Part shown: positions 48,913 to 50,030 of the stretch, piece after piece
Layout: the number at the start of each line of letters is the position of its first letter
How positions within the stretch are numbered: position 1 is the first letter of the stretch
Source: Octopus bimaculoides
Lineage: Eukaryota
Reading direction: 5' to 3'
Length of the DNA: 50,030 nt
Assembly (NCBI RefSeq): GCF_001194135.2
Contig: NC_068982.1
Location: 65,911,049 to 65,961,078 of the forward strand
Program-made: the position numbers and the translations under genes
Notes under the pieces: generated by a model
Databases searched by the model: none
Seen by the model: the letters and a program-made list of their open reading frames with translations, nothing else
What the model was told of the DNA's origin: nothing

Positions 48913-49760
48913 TTTTCAAAATCATTATGTCTTCTAACTTTGATAGACATTAGACACTTGAATTTAGAGAATAATGAAGAAAAATTACTAAAAACAATGG
49001 ACAAAATTAAAATCGAGAAGCTCCTAACCAAATATATGACAAGTCAGATATCAGGCAGTTCACTGTTTTATTAGGCACCTTTAGCAGAATTCTCTGTTCC
49101 AAGCATTAATGCCAGGTCTCCAGTTTCAGGATACCTTTCTCCCTCCCCACCTTCTACTGTTCTTGAACGTCTTATAAAAGGATCATAGGTATTGCCCTTT
49201 CTTCCAGACCGAGTCAGAGAAAGAAAAATCATTTAATTTCTAAACAACACTGTTTTCATGTGTCAATAAATGTATACAGTCTTGTCCATTTACTAAGTGA
49301 GTATATATCATCACTACTTGGGCAAGTATCATGAAGGTTATAATTCCCTGGGGTGAAAATAAAGCCAAAACACATTAGCAGTTGTCTTCTATACTTGCCT
49401 TATAAACAATAATAATGTTGTCTTTTTCTCACAGTGTATCTATTTCTAGTTAGTTTTTTAATGATGTAGCCACAACCATCACCCAACTTTACCATGCTTG
49501 CATGGGTTAGACAGAATTTGTTGGAGCAGGTTTTCTGTGGTTGGATGCCCTTCCTGTTGCCAACCATCACCTGTTTCCAACTAAGTTAATATTTCTTCAT
49601 GACCTGGCATGTCACAGAAGATTGCAAACAAACACTACCATTTTTCTGGCTGTGATGCTCAGTTTATGAATGCTGTGTGATGTCAAGACAAGGGAACACA
49701 ACACACACATGCATCTACATACACACACACACAGATGCACACAATGGCCTACTTTCAATT

Positions 49761-50030
49761 TCATCATCATCATCATCATCATCGTTTAACGTCCGCTTTC
49801 CATGCTAGCATGGGTTGGACGATTTGACTGAGGACTGGTGAAACCGGATGGCAACACCAGGCTCCAGTCCGATTTGGCAGAGTTTCTACAGCTGGATGCC
49901 CTTCCTAACGCCAACCACTCAGAGAGTGTAGTGGGTGCTTTTACGTGTCACCCGCACGAAAACGGCCACGCTCGAAATGGTGTCTTTTATGTGCCACCCG
50001 CACAAGCCAGTCCAGGGGCACTGGCAACGA
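49761..50030 (-). mobile_element. Young retroposon family B copy (runs off window)
   Basis: Same (atc)n end and CpG-rich body. Confidence 0.85.

Noticed and set aside
1-50030. CRISPR arrays, rRNA, intact tRNA genes, operons or intact transposase/RT ORFs
   Set aside because: None seen; the tandem repeats lack unique spacers and all transposon coding relics are interrupted.

Overview
Eukaryotic, AT-rich, microsatellite- and retroposon-rich genomic DNA with three assembly gaps (N at 721-1295, 11453-11463, 25052-25061). The repeat families resemble ones I recall from octopus genomes, so a coleoid cephalopod origin is inferred, not proven. One minus-strand gene spans almost the whole window: a THADA / Trm732 orthologue (Trm7/FTSJ1 cofactor for tRNA position-32 2'-O-methylation, DUF2428 domain). 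I traced 27 GT-AG exons by hand from 48489 down to 2064. They total 4127 nt, are phase-consistent and encode about 1375 aa; both ends of the gene lie outside this exon set. The introns contain tRNA-derived SINEs, RTE and CR1 LINE relics, a complete decayed mariner with TIRs and TA TSD, a DD37D (maT) relic and MITE-like hairpins. The most interesting features are two palindromic, TSD-flanked insertions whose arms carry minimal hammerhead-ribozyme motifs of the Penelope-like type. Also notable are many fold-back structures in the pre-mRNA, a CpG-retaining promoter-like island, and tandem tRNA-like units. Comparisons to human THADA and family assignments are from memory; no database searches were run.
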